A DNA stretch of 54,971 bases, filler included, from Basidioascus undulatus (Eukaryota): the NCBI GenBank assembly GCA_000826855.1. It is 4 parts of 4 records of this genome, joined end to end, with 100 filler letters (N's around TTAATTAATTAA, not from the genome) between each part and the next. Parts side by side here need not be neighbours in the genome. Positions count along the whole stretch, not along the records: positions 1 to 13,703 come from JTLS01000794.1; positions 13,804 to 27,498 come from JTLS01000795.1; 2 more parts are not named here. One strand, 5' to 3'. Numbering within the stretch: position 1 is the first letter of the stretch; every line of letters starts with the position of its first letter. Made by a program: the position numbers and the translations under genes. Below, piece after piece: positions 9,425 to 20,058 of the stretch. The notes under the pieces are model-generated. The model saw nothing but the letters and a program-made list of their open reading frames with translations. It did not search any database and was not told where the DNA came from.

Positions 9425-12400
9425 CTACAAATCTACAGATGCCCGCATGCGCACAGTAGTCGTCAAGTCAGCAGCTGTCCTTTGTCCGAACGCGAGACCA
9501 AGAGGTGAAAGAGACACGCACAAGACGCAGACAGCTTCGTGTAATTTGCGGGGGCGAGCCTACTCCGGACGAGCTTGTAGAGGTAGAGCGGGAGGGACGA
9601 GACGGCGACGATGACAGCGACCTTCCAGGCAAAGCGGTAGGAGAGGACGAAGGAGAGGTCTGCGGGAATGCCCGTTCGACGTCAGCTGTAATTGCCCGAG
9701 GATGCACAAAAGATAGGTCTCAAGCAAGCACGCACCGAAGTACTCCGGCAGAAGCGCGATGCTCCCGGCGTAGAACAGCAGTGTAACGAGCTCGGCAATA
9801 ACCATGTACAGATGCCTGCCGCCACACGCTCGCCCGATCAGTACGCGCAACCTCGCGCGTTCCCGACGCAGATGTGAAACCAACGCACCAAGTCGTGATT
9901 TCCAGCGCGACCATGATGAGCTCGTTGAGAACGAGCGCGGTAAAGGAGATGGCAACGATGTTGAGGAACTCGTTCTCGAACAGCAGCAGACTCATGATCA
10001 TGATCGCGCCGCCTGTTGGTGCGCAGCAACAGGTCAGCATCGGACTCAAGAACCTGCGTTCCCATGGTGAGTAGCAGCGCACCTTGGTACACCGAGATCA
10101 TGAGCCACATGAAGAACGTCTTGAACGAAAGCGAGCGGCCCTGCGAGACGCAACTCTCGCGTCAGCAGTGCCGCTCCAACCTCGCCGCGATTAGACCCGC
10201 ATCGAAGGACGTACCTTCGTAAGCTCCTTGTACAGCTCCGGGTACAGTAGCGCGAGGTTCTCGCTAACGTCGCGGTCGAGCACGAGCGAGAACACGGGCG
10301 CCATGGTGTACACGGTCGAGTAGCCGACCTATCGCATCGCATTCATCCTCCGTCAGTACGAGCAAGCCAGGGCAGATCGACGAACTACAAAAGACGCACC
10401 ATCAGCCAGCCCTGGTAGATCGCAATGGGCGCGAAGAACATGATCGCGCTGAAGACGGCCTGGATGATGGAGATGATAAGGCCTGTCGAGAGCGCAGCGT
10501 CAGGCGGAAGAGTCGGATAGAGACAAAGGGAGGGTGCGCAGGACGTACCGCGGTGGATGACGAACTGCGCGAGCTTGGCGGAGCGCTTATACGAGTTGCG
10601 GCCGTGCCAGACGAGGAGCTTGGTGAGGTACGAGAACTGGTTGACGCTGAAGTCTGCGGCGAGCGAGGCCTGCTTGCCCTCCTTCCCGACGATCCCGACG
10701 CCTACCGGCAACCTCCGTCAGGTTCGTGCAACGGAAGAGCGGAGGAGAAAGGGGGGCGGGGGCGGGAGACGCACCGACATCCGCAGCCTGGATCATAGAC
10801 ACGTCGTTCCCGCCGTCGCCGATGCAGCACACGCGCTTCTTGGTGTGGTGCCGGATGAGGCGCGCCACGTCGGCCTTCTGCGTCGGCGAGCAGCGGCAGG
10901 CGACGACGGCGGGGAGCTGCGTCGCGAGCTCGATGAACTCTAGCTTGAAGCGTTCGAGGCAGAGCTGAGGGGAGAACGAATACGCAGTTGTGGATCAGGG
11001 CTGCGGTGGTACGGGGGGAAGAGGACGGGAGGCAGAACGAAGCGCACCTGCAGGGATTCGCCGTCGATGACGAGGCAGCAGTCGGGCTTGGACTGGAGGA
11101 ACTCGAGCTGGTCGCGCGCCTGCTCGGACGTCTTGACTGTCGCCCCCGCGCCGCAGCACCATCAGCCCGCACATCCCCCGAGACAGAAGGGGGAGGGAGC
11201 ACGCACGCTTGGCGACCTGGTGGATGTACTGATTCCGCGAGACGAGTTTGCTGGAGATGGCGATGCACGTGGCGGTCTCGATCTTGTCCCCCGTAAGCAT
11301 CCAGATCTTGAGCCCTGCGTTCCTAAGCAGCTCCAGCGTGGGCTTGACGTCCTCCTGTAACTTATCCTCGACACCGGTCAATCCCAGAAGCTCCAGATCC
11401 CTCTCGAGCAGCTCCTTCACAACAGCCTCCATCGCGGCGTTCCTGTCGCCCGTGGTGCTCACGCGCGCGGCGTGGTACCTCGCCGCGAACTCGGCGTATG
11501 CGTCCTCGGAGAGGCGCTTGCGGGCCATGACGAGGGTGCGGAGGCCCTCGCGCGCCATGTTGCCCGTCTCCTCCTCGAGCCAGTCCTGCCGCTGCACGAT
11601 GCGCGCCATCACGACGTCCGCGCCCTTCTGGAGGAAGGTGACCTCGCCCGAGGACGCATCGCGCACGACGATCCCCATCCGCTTGGACTCGGACGTGAAG
11701 GGGAAGAGCTCGAGCACGTCGTAGGAGGCGAGCGACCCCGTCGGCGTGCGCAGGACGATCCGCGTCCGGTCGCGCTGCACGAGCGTCAGCCCGACCGACT
11801 CGGTCCAGTTCACGATGGCAACTTCGTCAGGCGAGGACGCTTGGTACGTCGTCGAGCCGTCGTCGTTCATCACGGGCGTGACCTGAACGTGCAGGAGGCA
11901 TGTCAGCCGGTCCCTCCTCTTTCTTGCTTGTCTCCCCGGACATGCTTGAAAGGAAAGGGGCGGAAAGAAACGCGATGAAAGGACACGCACGTTATGGCAT
12001 AGCGCCAGCGCCAGCACGACGTCCCTGACCCTCGAGCTCATGTCCCTCCGTCCGCGGCCCGCAAGGTTGATTCCCGTCGAGATGATTCTGCTTTGCTTGG
12101 CGGTCGCTGTTCCCCGGAGCGCATCAATATCCATTAGTGCCTTTGAGCCGGAATCGGGAAGGAAGGCGGGGAGGGGCACAAGAGGGGGAAGGGAATGCGG
12201 ACTTACAAGCCTCCACCGTCGTCCCGTACGCCGTGGCGAGCTGGTGCGCGACCTCGTCCATCGAGTCGACCGCGTACGACATCGTGCCCATGTGGAGCTT
12301 CTTCATTTCCATCTCTGCTCCGCACCCTTCCACACATCAGCTCTTCCCGTTCCCCTCCCATCCACCCATCCATCTCCCATCCACCTCCCAGCCACCTCTC

Positions 12401-13703
12401 AATAAAAAGGGGAGAAGGACGCGAGCGCACCGTTCTGCGTAAGCGTCCCCGTCTTGTCGCTGAGCAAGTACTCGATTCGCCCGAGCTCCTCGGGGAGCGT
12501 GGACGTCCGGACGAGCGTGCCCGGGATCTCCGCGTCGGACTGGATCTGGTGCGCGTAGACCGTCTTGCCCATGTCGAGGTTGACGCGGAGGCTGGGTGGG
12601 GAGAGCGCAGCGAGACCGCCATCGAATGGACGAGCCGGAAGGAGGTTCGGGAGGAGGGTCGGGGATTGGGTTTCGGGGGGAGGCAGGGGAGAAGGAGAGA
12701 GAGGGGGGAAAGGGGGAGACGGGGGAAAGGGGAGACGGAGAGGAGACGGAAAGAAGGACGGGAAGAGGGATGGGTCGAGGAGAGGCCAACGAGGGAGGCG
12801 AACGCGGAAGGGAAGGAGGGGGAAGGAGGTAGAGAGTGTAAGCAGCCGAGAAGACGTTCGAGGGGAGGGGAGGAGGACGCACGAGATCGGTATGATCGAC
12901 GAGAACAGGATCAAGAACCTAAACACGTAGATGTACCACTGTCCCCTGAACCCGTTGAGGGCGACGAGGACGACGGAGAGCGCGAAGGTGACTGCGCAGA
13001 GGATCTGTCCTCCCCACAATTCCATACCGCATTAGTACCTCGCGCCCCACCAAAAAAAGCCACTGTCCTCGAAGATGCCGCCGAGGGGGGCCGGAGTGGG
13101 AAAGGGTGGGAGGAAGAGTGGGGTGGGGAGAAGGGGAAGGAAACGCACCTTCGCCAACCGATTAATCTCCAAATCCAGCCTCCCCACTTTCGTCTCCGGA
13201 TGGCTCGTATTCATCACCGCCCTCGTCTCCGGCCCGGTGTAGACGACCATCCCGATCGCGCTGCCCGCGGCGAGGACAGTGTTTGCCCAAAGGCAGTTCT
13301 CCGCTGTGAGGGGCTCGGCGGGCGGGAGCCCGCTGCCGTCGGAGAAGGGGTAGATGGGGGACGGCGTGTGGCGCAGCGTGCCGAGGAAGGAGTGGATGTC
13401 TTTTGATGGGGGACCGGCTGCGTATGAGGGGTGCACTGAGTACGAACGAACCAGCGAAGGAGGAAAAGAAGGGAGGAAAGAAAGGGGAAGGGGGAGAAGA
13501 TGGAAGACGCACCGAACACTTCCCCGCGTACGGACAAGAGGTCCGATTCCGCCCGCAACCCCTGCGTGCTTCCCACCGCCACGCGCAATTTCCAGTCCGT
13601 CTCCCCATCCAGCTGGTCCGTCCGGACAAAGCACGTGCCGCTCCCATCTGACGTCCTCAACAACACCAAGTCCGCCGGGACGCGCTGGTTCTTCTCGAGC
13701 AGG
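9425..13703 (-). CDS. NEO1: P4-type ATPase phospholipid flippase Neo1 (ATP9-like); 5' end lost in gap, last exon tentative
   Basis: Motifs [111 protein letters not shown]. Confidence 0.96.
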
Positions 13704-13803
13704 NNNNNNNNNNNNNNNNNNNNNNNNNNNNNNNNNNNNNNNNNNNNTTAATTAATTAANNNNNNNNNNNNNNNNNNNNNNNNNNNNNNNNNNNNNNNNN
13801 NNN
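13704..13803. other. Assembly gap with artificial TTAATTAATTAA linker
   Basis: N-run + TTAATTAATTAA + N-run, 100 nt, same structure at all three gaps. Confidence 0.98.
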
Positions 13804-13896
13804 AGGAGGCGAAGAGGAGGAGGCGAAGAGGAGGAAGAGGAGGCGGAGGAAGAGGAAGAGGAGATGAGGCTGACGAGGGTGCTGGTGGGGCAACAG

Positions 13897-14425
13897 GTCG
13901 ACCGCGCTGGGTTCGGCTATCATGGCGGGCTCGGCGCTGCAGCTTTGGGGGTGGGATGTAACGAAGCCGGAGACGCTTGATGAGGTGCGTTAGGCGGTCT
14001 TCTCTTTCCTTTTCGTCTTCCTGCCGCACTCCCCAACGTCGTCTTCTCGTACACCTCCCCACCGTCGCCCTTCTTCTCGCATTTCCCTCTCTGCAACCCG
14101 CCTTCTAACCCCCTCCTCTCCTTCGTCCTGACGCTCCTCCAACTTTCCGCCGCTTCCAATCCACCCGTTCCCCCAGGTCAACACCGCCGGGAACGTCTTC
14201 TTCAAGCCGCACGACGACGACAAGGCGCGGGCGCGCCAATGGGCCGGGTGGAAGCGCGCGATCGAGCGCGCAAAGCGCTGGCACGCGACTGACGAGCCCG
14301 ACGCGGACGAGCCCCACTCGATCCACGTCCAGGACAAGCTCCCCTCCGCCGCGGGCACACCCGTCGACGAGCCGAACGAGAAGGACACCCAGCCCAACAA
14401 CAACGCAAAGGCAAAGGCCAAGTAG
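13897..14425 (+). CDS. GUT1: Glycerol kinase, last two exons (5' part in gap)
   Basis: [29 protein letters not shown], intron, then [11 protein letters not shown]...[17 protein letters not shown]..., TAG 14423-14425. Fits the FGGY/glycerol kinase C-terminus. Not shown in the ORF track. Confidence 0.85.
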
Positions 14426-15882
14426 GCGGTCGGACTTTCGGACTCCCCGCGCTTTCTCTCCTTCCTTCCCCGCCGACTTAGACGCCCGCCCCATCCTCTC
14501 GACCCCGCTCCCGCTCTCCGCCCACGCCGCCTCCTGGATTCCCGCCCCTCGTCACCTCGAATCCCGCACCCGAACATTCCTCCTGGCCACCGCAACCTTC
14601 TTTCTCTTTACCCTTACCTTCTTCAGACACACGTTGTCCAACTACGGTACACCTTCAGTTTTACCATCATTCCGTTGATTGCCCCTTGCCCGCTTGCCTT
14701 TTGTCTTCTGCTACCGAGACCGCATCGCCGGATGAGTCGAGTAATGATGACCGCGCGGGTCGCACGGGCGCAAACGGCGCACGGTGCTCCAAATGCACTG
14801 CATAATCGTGGAGTTCGTGCTGGTCTGCGGCAAGGGCTGTGCGTGGTCCGCGGAGAGAGAAGGTCTGCGGGTTTGCAGGACTGACTGAGTCTTAAAGGAA
14901 AGAAAGAGCCAAAGGGTCTGTGTCGGCTCCCCTGCGCGCTGCTTCGGACGTGCACAATGACAACGCGGCGTGCAGCTGGCATTATGTTCAAGTGACTCAG
15001 AAAATGTCCACGGACCTAGGGAAGTTGCCAACGCTACCCGAGGCTGTCCATACGAGTCAACACACACCCTCCTTCCCAATCCGTTCGCGGCGTACTGGCG
15101 AAATCAAGCTTGTAACGCCGGGTGGGCCCGATGAAACACAATCCGTTTCTTTCAGTCTCACACGACAGCACGTTTCATCGTCTACTTCGCGAAGCTCGCT
15201 CGTCATGTAGCAGTGTTTCGGGCGCGGCAGTGCAGTGCGGACTCTGCATTGGGGCTGCGGACGACCGGCGTTTCGCTGAGGTGGTCGCACTGCAGCCTAC
15301 CTTTTTTGGGCGTCAAAGAGTCTTACCATGTACACCTGGCGATTCGCGGACTCTCTTTTTGTGACAAGGAAAGCAGATGTGGACGGCCGGGAGGTAACAC
15401 TCGCGGCTGCGCGCGAGTACCGCCGGTCCGCCTTTCAGGGCACTCCTCTTTTTGGACAGATTTCAAATAATTCATCGGTGTAGCTATTTTCTGGGGCGGT
15501 CTATCGGGCAAGTACAACCGCACAGCTCCTACCGATCGCTGCGAGGCAAACAGAACTGCAGGGAGGCTTGTACGCGTTCTTGGGCGAGTTAGAACCTCGT
15601 CCAATCCACCAATATCTGCGGGAGAGATCCACGGTAAAAACGAAGTTTCAATAAAGACTGGGGTGCTGAGTGACAAACACGATTCGATGGGCCTGCGTGC
15701 TTCCGTATGCTTCGAGATGAGGATTCGACGTTGTTCGCGCATCCAGGGCACTTTCTCTCTTCAGTCATCGAACTCGCAACAAGCGGTCCATGACTGACAT
15801 GCTCTCGCTCGTTCAGACTGAAACAGGTGCGTGTGTAAATCTATGTTTCCAAAGACCAGAAAATCACCCCCACGACGGAAGC

Positions 15883-16395
15883 TTAGATTTCCGCCATGGC
15901 ACACCCATCCCTCGAGGGTCGCTCCCAGCAGTCCAGACCAGGCGTCCTGTCTTGAAGATGTCCAAAACCCCTTTCGTCATATCGACGGCCATGAAAGAAC
16001 TTCCACTAACCGACTGTGGCATCCTCTTGATGATCTGGCCCCTCCCGCACCGTTCCCTCCAGGTACCCTTCAGCACGCGCACATCGTGGGCCATCTCCTT
16101 CAGGCGAGCAATAACGCGCTCGTCCACGCCCTCCTCGACGTCCACGATGCGGCTGACTCCGACTTCCTGGAGCAGCCACTCGAGATTTCGTGGACTGCAT
16201 CGAGCTCAGACTCGGCGCTCAGGCGCTCGGCGTCGATCACGAAGCGCCGGGCGTCGGCGGCCGCTTGGGAAGAGAGCCCGCGCAGGTTGTTGAGGAGGGT
16301 TTGGACATGCGGGAAGCAGTCTTCATGTTAGCGAAATATAGTGAGCGCCGGAAGAAGTGGAGACGCACCTGCGATTGATTGAAGCCGTCCATCAC
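15883..16395 (-). pseudogene. Gamma-glutamyltranspeptidase C-terminal fragment, degenerate
   Basis: VMDGFNQSQ / HVQTLLNNLRG / DVEEGVDERVIARLKEMAHDVRVLKG...GRGQII...LVWTAGSDPR(frameshift near 15910)DGCAMAEI*. Matches GGT small-subunit motifs (GVMGGFxQPQGHVQ; GSDPRxDG). No upstream GGT sequence recognised. Confidence 0.8.
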
Positions 16396-16667
16396 CTGAA
16401 AACAGGTGGAAGTGTTCCTTGCGTATAAATACATATTAGGGTTCGTATGCCACGTGCCAAGTATTCGTTCGCAAGCAAGGCTGACGCCCTCGCAGAGCTG
16501 ATGTCGCGTTTCGCCTACCTGCGTCCGAGAACGTATCCAAAAAAACGGATACGCGGTATGCGGTGGATCGCTGGCGGGTGCTTAGGCAAACCCGGAGGTT
16601 CCTGACGGTAAGCGATCGTCAGCATTCCTCTGAACAGTTGTTAACATCCCCGCTGAACGATAATTGG

Positions 16668-16819
16668 CGTCAGCTTCAGCATCTGTTGACATTTTTATTG
16701 CATCAGCTTCATCATCTGTATTACACGAGCTTCAGACAACTGTAATACATCAGCTTCAGCAGCATCTCTACTGCATTAGCTTAGGGCATCTATATCACAT
16801 TCGTTTTAGCATCTGTATG
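16668..16819. repeat. Degenerate minisatellite, about 6 copies of a 23-33-nt unit (consensus CATCAGCTTCAGCATCTGTA)
   Basis: Units: cgtcagcttcagcatctgtt, catcagcttcatcatctgta, cacgagcttcagacaactgta, catcagcttcagcagcatctcta, cattagcttagggcatctata, cattcgttttagcatctgta. Confidence 0.7.
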
Positions 16820-16979
16820 AGCTCAGCAATGTGTGTCAGCTGTGCTTGCTAATGGTGTGTCGTTAGTTGCGTTTGTTGGTAGTGTGTCCGCTGCCCTTCG
16901 CCTCACGGTCCACAGGCTATAAAGTGCTCTAAAGCGTCCTCATCATCTTTCCATCCCAGCACCGCACTCTTGACATGCA

Positions 16980-18650
16980 CCTGTACGAAAGATATAATCC
17001 GTAAGCGTCACCGCACAAACCTTCACTGCGTGGCGAAGCAATGGTGTACCTCGTGATAAACTCTCCCTCCCCGAGACGCGTGAGCTGCAGCCTGGACTCG
17101 AACGGGCAGAGGACGTGCGGGTCAATCTTGTTCAACTTCTTTCCGATCCATTCCACCATCTGCTCGTGCGTCCAGGCGCTGGGTCGAGCGTGTCCGCCTT
17201 GACCGGCTTCGGGGAGGAGTGAAAGAAGGGGGCGACGTAGGAGAGGGAATCGACGGAGTGAGAGGCGTCTATAAAGGAAGACCAAAGCTCAGTGGACGCT
17301 AGAATGGAGTTATCAGGGGACGCAGCTTACCGTCGATGCGCACATGGCAGATCACGAACAGCTTGGTGTGTCTCGCAGCGGTGACGTCCAAGATCGGCTG
17401 ACAGAGAAGGTAAAGCGTTAACCGTGGGTAACAGCTGGGACGAATGAGAGCTGATTCCTGTACAGCGTACTTTAAGAGCCAAAGTAAAAAGCGACGTGCG
17501 GTAAGGGACATGCACGACGCCCTTCCCGCCGTCCGCGGCCCTCGCCCTGGCCCTAACGCACTCCTTGGGCCGCATCAAGCTCTTCTTAATCTACTTCGCC
17601 TCCTCCAGTTGCTGCGGCTCGTCGACCTCGTTCAGCGCCGCCCGCGCGCGCTCTGAGCCCGCGAGGTCGACGAGCACAAGCTCCCCCGGCTCAAGCGAGG
17701 GGAAGCGCGTGTTGCGGAAGGAGACGGTGTAGAGCGCGTGGGAGTGGGAGGGATGTGGTGTTTGAGGAAGTGGACTGCGTCGAGCGAGTGGACAGCGCCC
17801 TGTGTAGATTCGATAGAAGCTCCGATGTCGAGGAGACAGGCAGACGCTGCGAGGTAATGTTGACGAGGCCGTGCTACATGTGAGGGGGTTTAAGCAAGAT
17901 GATAGGCAGTCCAATGTATACGCACCTTGTCTTCCAAAACTTGGACCGCCTGACCTCGTTCAGGAGGGCGGACCCCTTGTTCCCCAGGATCTGCATGGCC
18001 GACAAGGACACGTGAAGACGCCGCCAGAAGACGCCACCAGGCAAGCCAAGAGGAGGCTGATGACCGCCAGGTGATTTTTTGAAGCGAGATGAGAAGGCTT
18101 GAGCGGCAGAAAAGACGCTTTCGCAAAGCTGAGAGGGGAGAGAAGACGGTGTAGATCTGCGGAGCTCGATGAGAAGTCAGCACAGTGAACGAACGAGCGC
18201 AGAGCAAGGGCCTTTCCAGAACCTGTTCAGGGGATATCTTTTTCAGACTTCATTGAAATGTCATGGGAAAGCACTGACCAACTTACAGTTGACCGTACGC
18301 CAGCGTGCATACTAGCCCGCCTCCCGAGAACCTCGTCGAGTACCGTCCGCCCCCTTCGCCAAAGAGTTCGCGGAAGACGTGCTCGTTCGGCTGTCCATGC
18401 CGAAAACACAGTCTGCACTGAACGACTTTGACGTTACAAGGGGTCTGTTGAACTGCCATGATACAGTCAAGTCGACCGTAACGAATGAAGCAGTGCATAA
18501 ACCGGCGCACCTTCTGTACTGGTAAGAGCACGTCGATCTCGCCTTTTCTCGTCCAAACCCCAGAGATGCGGCCGGTCTGAAGGTCCCGTTCGAGCAGAGG
18601 ACGGGTGCGAAACGCGACTGTGGTCTGACGAGGTAGCAGGTGCCTGATCG
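16980..18650 (-). pseudogene. Kinesin motor-domain gene, degenerate (ends approximate)
   Basis: TVAFRTRPLL; LAYGQ..TGSGK P-loop; SHSHALY; LVLVDLAGSER; *IKKSLMRPKECVRARA with TAG at 17591-17593; HVPYRTSLFTLALK; C-terminal WTHEQMVEWI..LCPFESRLQLTRLGEGEFITR. Confidence 0.85.
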
Positions 18651-19069
18651 GCTCCTCTACCGCGGAGGGCGCGCTGGCGCTGGCAGCCTTTGAATCAGCG
18701 TCGATAAACCGTATCTGGTCGAGGAGTGATGGGAGGAACTACTGGATCTGAGCTGCTGGGAGGGCCATGGGCAAAGGCTTGAACTCGGAGGGACGATAGG
18801 GAGAGGCAAGATAAGGTAGGCGTAAGAAAAGAAGTGGGTTTCATTGATACGCTTTCACGACTTGTGCTGAGAGGAAAGCACTGGACGCATCGGATCTGTG
18901 CCTCTGAACGGACTTCGCATAACCGTATGGTCAATCAGTAGAAGCTGAATGCATCGTTTCGCCTTATGGATCCCGATGGGCCGTGACTGTTGCAAAGGTG
19001 AAGCCGGCTGGCGGCTTACCCATCCCAAAACCAATTTCGGCGCTTGCAGCCTGCGCCCTCCGTCTTGTA

Positions 19070-20058
19070 TTAGGACATCTCATACATGCAACGCCGCTTC
19101 AAGCAAAAGAAAGCTCCCAAACCCCCTCTGGAAAGACAACATCCCTGCGCTAATGCCAAGACGCCAGCGATGTCTTTGGAGATGGATTCACGACAACAAA
19201 TTTCCCCCAGGCCACTCCAAAGAGTTCCCTCAACAGCTAGTCTTAATATGGCTTGATAGAGAGCTGCACCCTCATCCGGAAGATGTGCTAGCTGGCCCAA
19301 GGCATTGGATGCCGAACACCGTCGCGACCATTCCGCGACGAGGTCCGAGTGCAGTGCTCCGAGAGCGGTCGACGTTGTCCTTGCATACGAACCTGATTCT
19401 GACGAGTGAAAGATTGCCCTGGACGAACTATTGCATATACGGAACACGTGAGGGACTTGGGTCGCTGTAGAAGGGTTGGGAAGGCGCCAAGACGAGATGA
19501 GTCAACTGAGGCAAGACAGCATTGCGTGGCAAGGACAGGTTGAAAGCGGCCGGGTTAAAGATCAAGGGGAACCGTTCCGTCGCGTCAAAGTTGACCCAGC
19601 GGGAAGTGACAGCCGCTTCATAGAAGCGAGGTAGGCTGGTTCAACACCTGAGCAACGCGGCCAGAACAGACGCACTCCTCCAAGTGTTGCAAGCGGCGCA
19701 TAGTGTGTAGAAGCGCCGATAACGATGAGGGCGCTGAAGAAGTAAGTATGGAGTGGAAAGCAAAGCGCCTCAGGGTCGACTCGCGTTCAAGAACTCGCAG
19801 AGCCTGAGGACAAGGTTGTCGTCCACTCGTCCGATGTGCAAGAGCTGGATTGTTGTGTACCGCATCGCAGAAAACCTGGAGCAGGAGATCGTTTCGAGAT
19901 GTAAAGCTTTGTGCGAGCGATCGGAAGGAGTGCCGGTGATACAAGGCAGAGAGCGGCGAGCGTCGCCCAGTCGCGGGTGTACGCGAGCGGGTGCGAAGGC
20001 TCCCAGCGAGTTAGACCATGTGCGCAAGTATCTCGAAAGGAAGCCGAGGAACGGTCAT
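19070..20058 (-). pseudogene. F-box-like protein pseudogene (3' end approximate)
   Basis: MTVPRLPFEILAHMV* (TAA 20011-20013), then after a frameshift DWATLAALCLVSPALLPIARTKLY, followed by FCDAVHNNPALAH and LSALLHTMRRLQHLE. Typical of basidiomycete F-box-like proteins. Confidence 0.65.

Noticed and set aside
13748..13759. TTAATTAATTAA repeated three times in the window
   Set aside because: Always centred in N-runs; an artificial six-frame-stop scaffold linker.
16668..16819. CRISPR-like array
   Set aside because: Units are diverged and contiguous without unique spacers; eukaryotic context and no cas genes.
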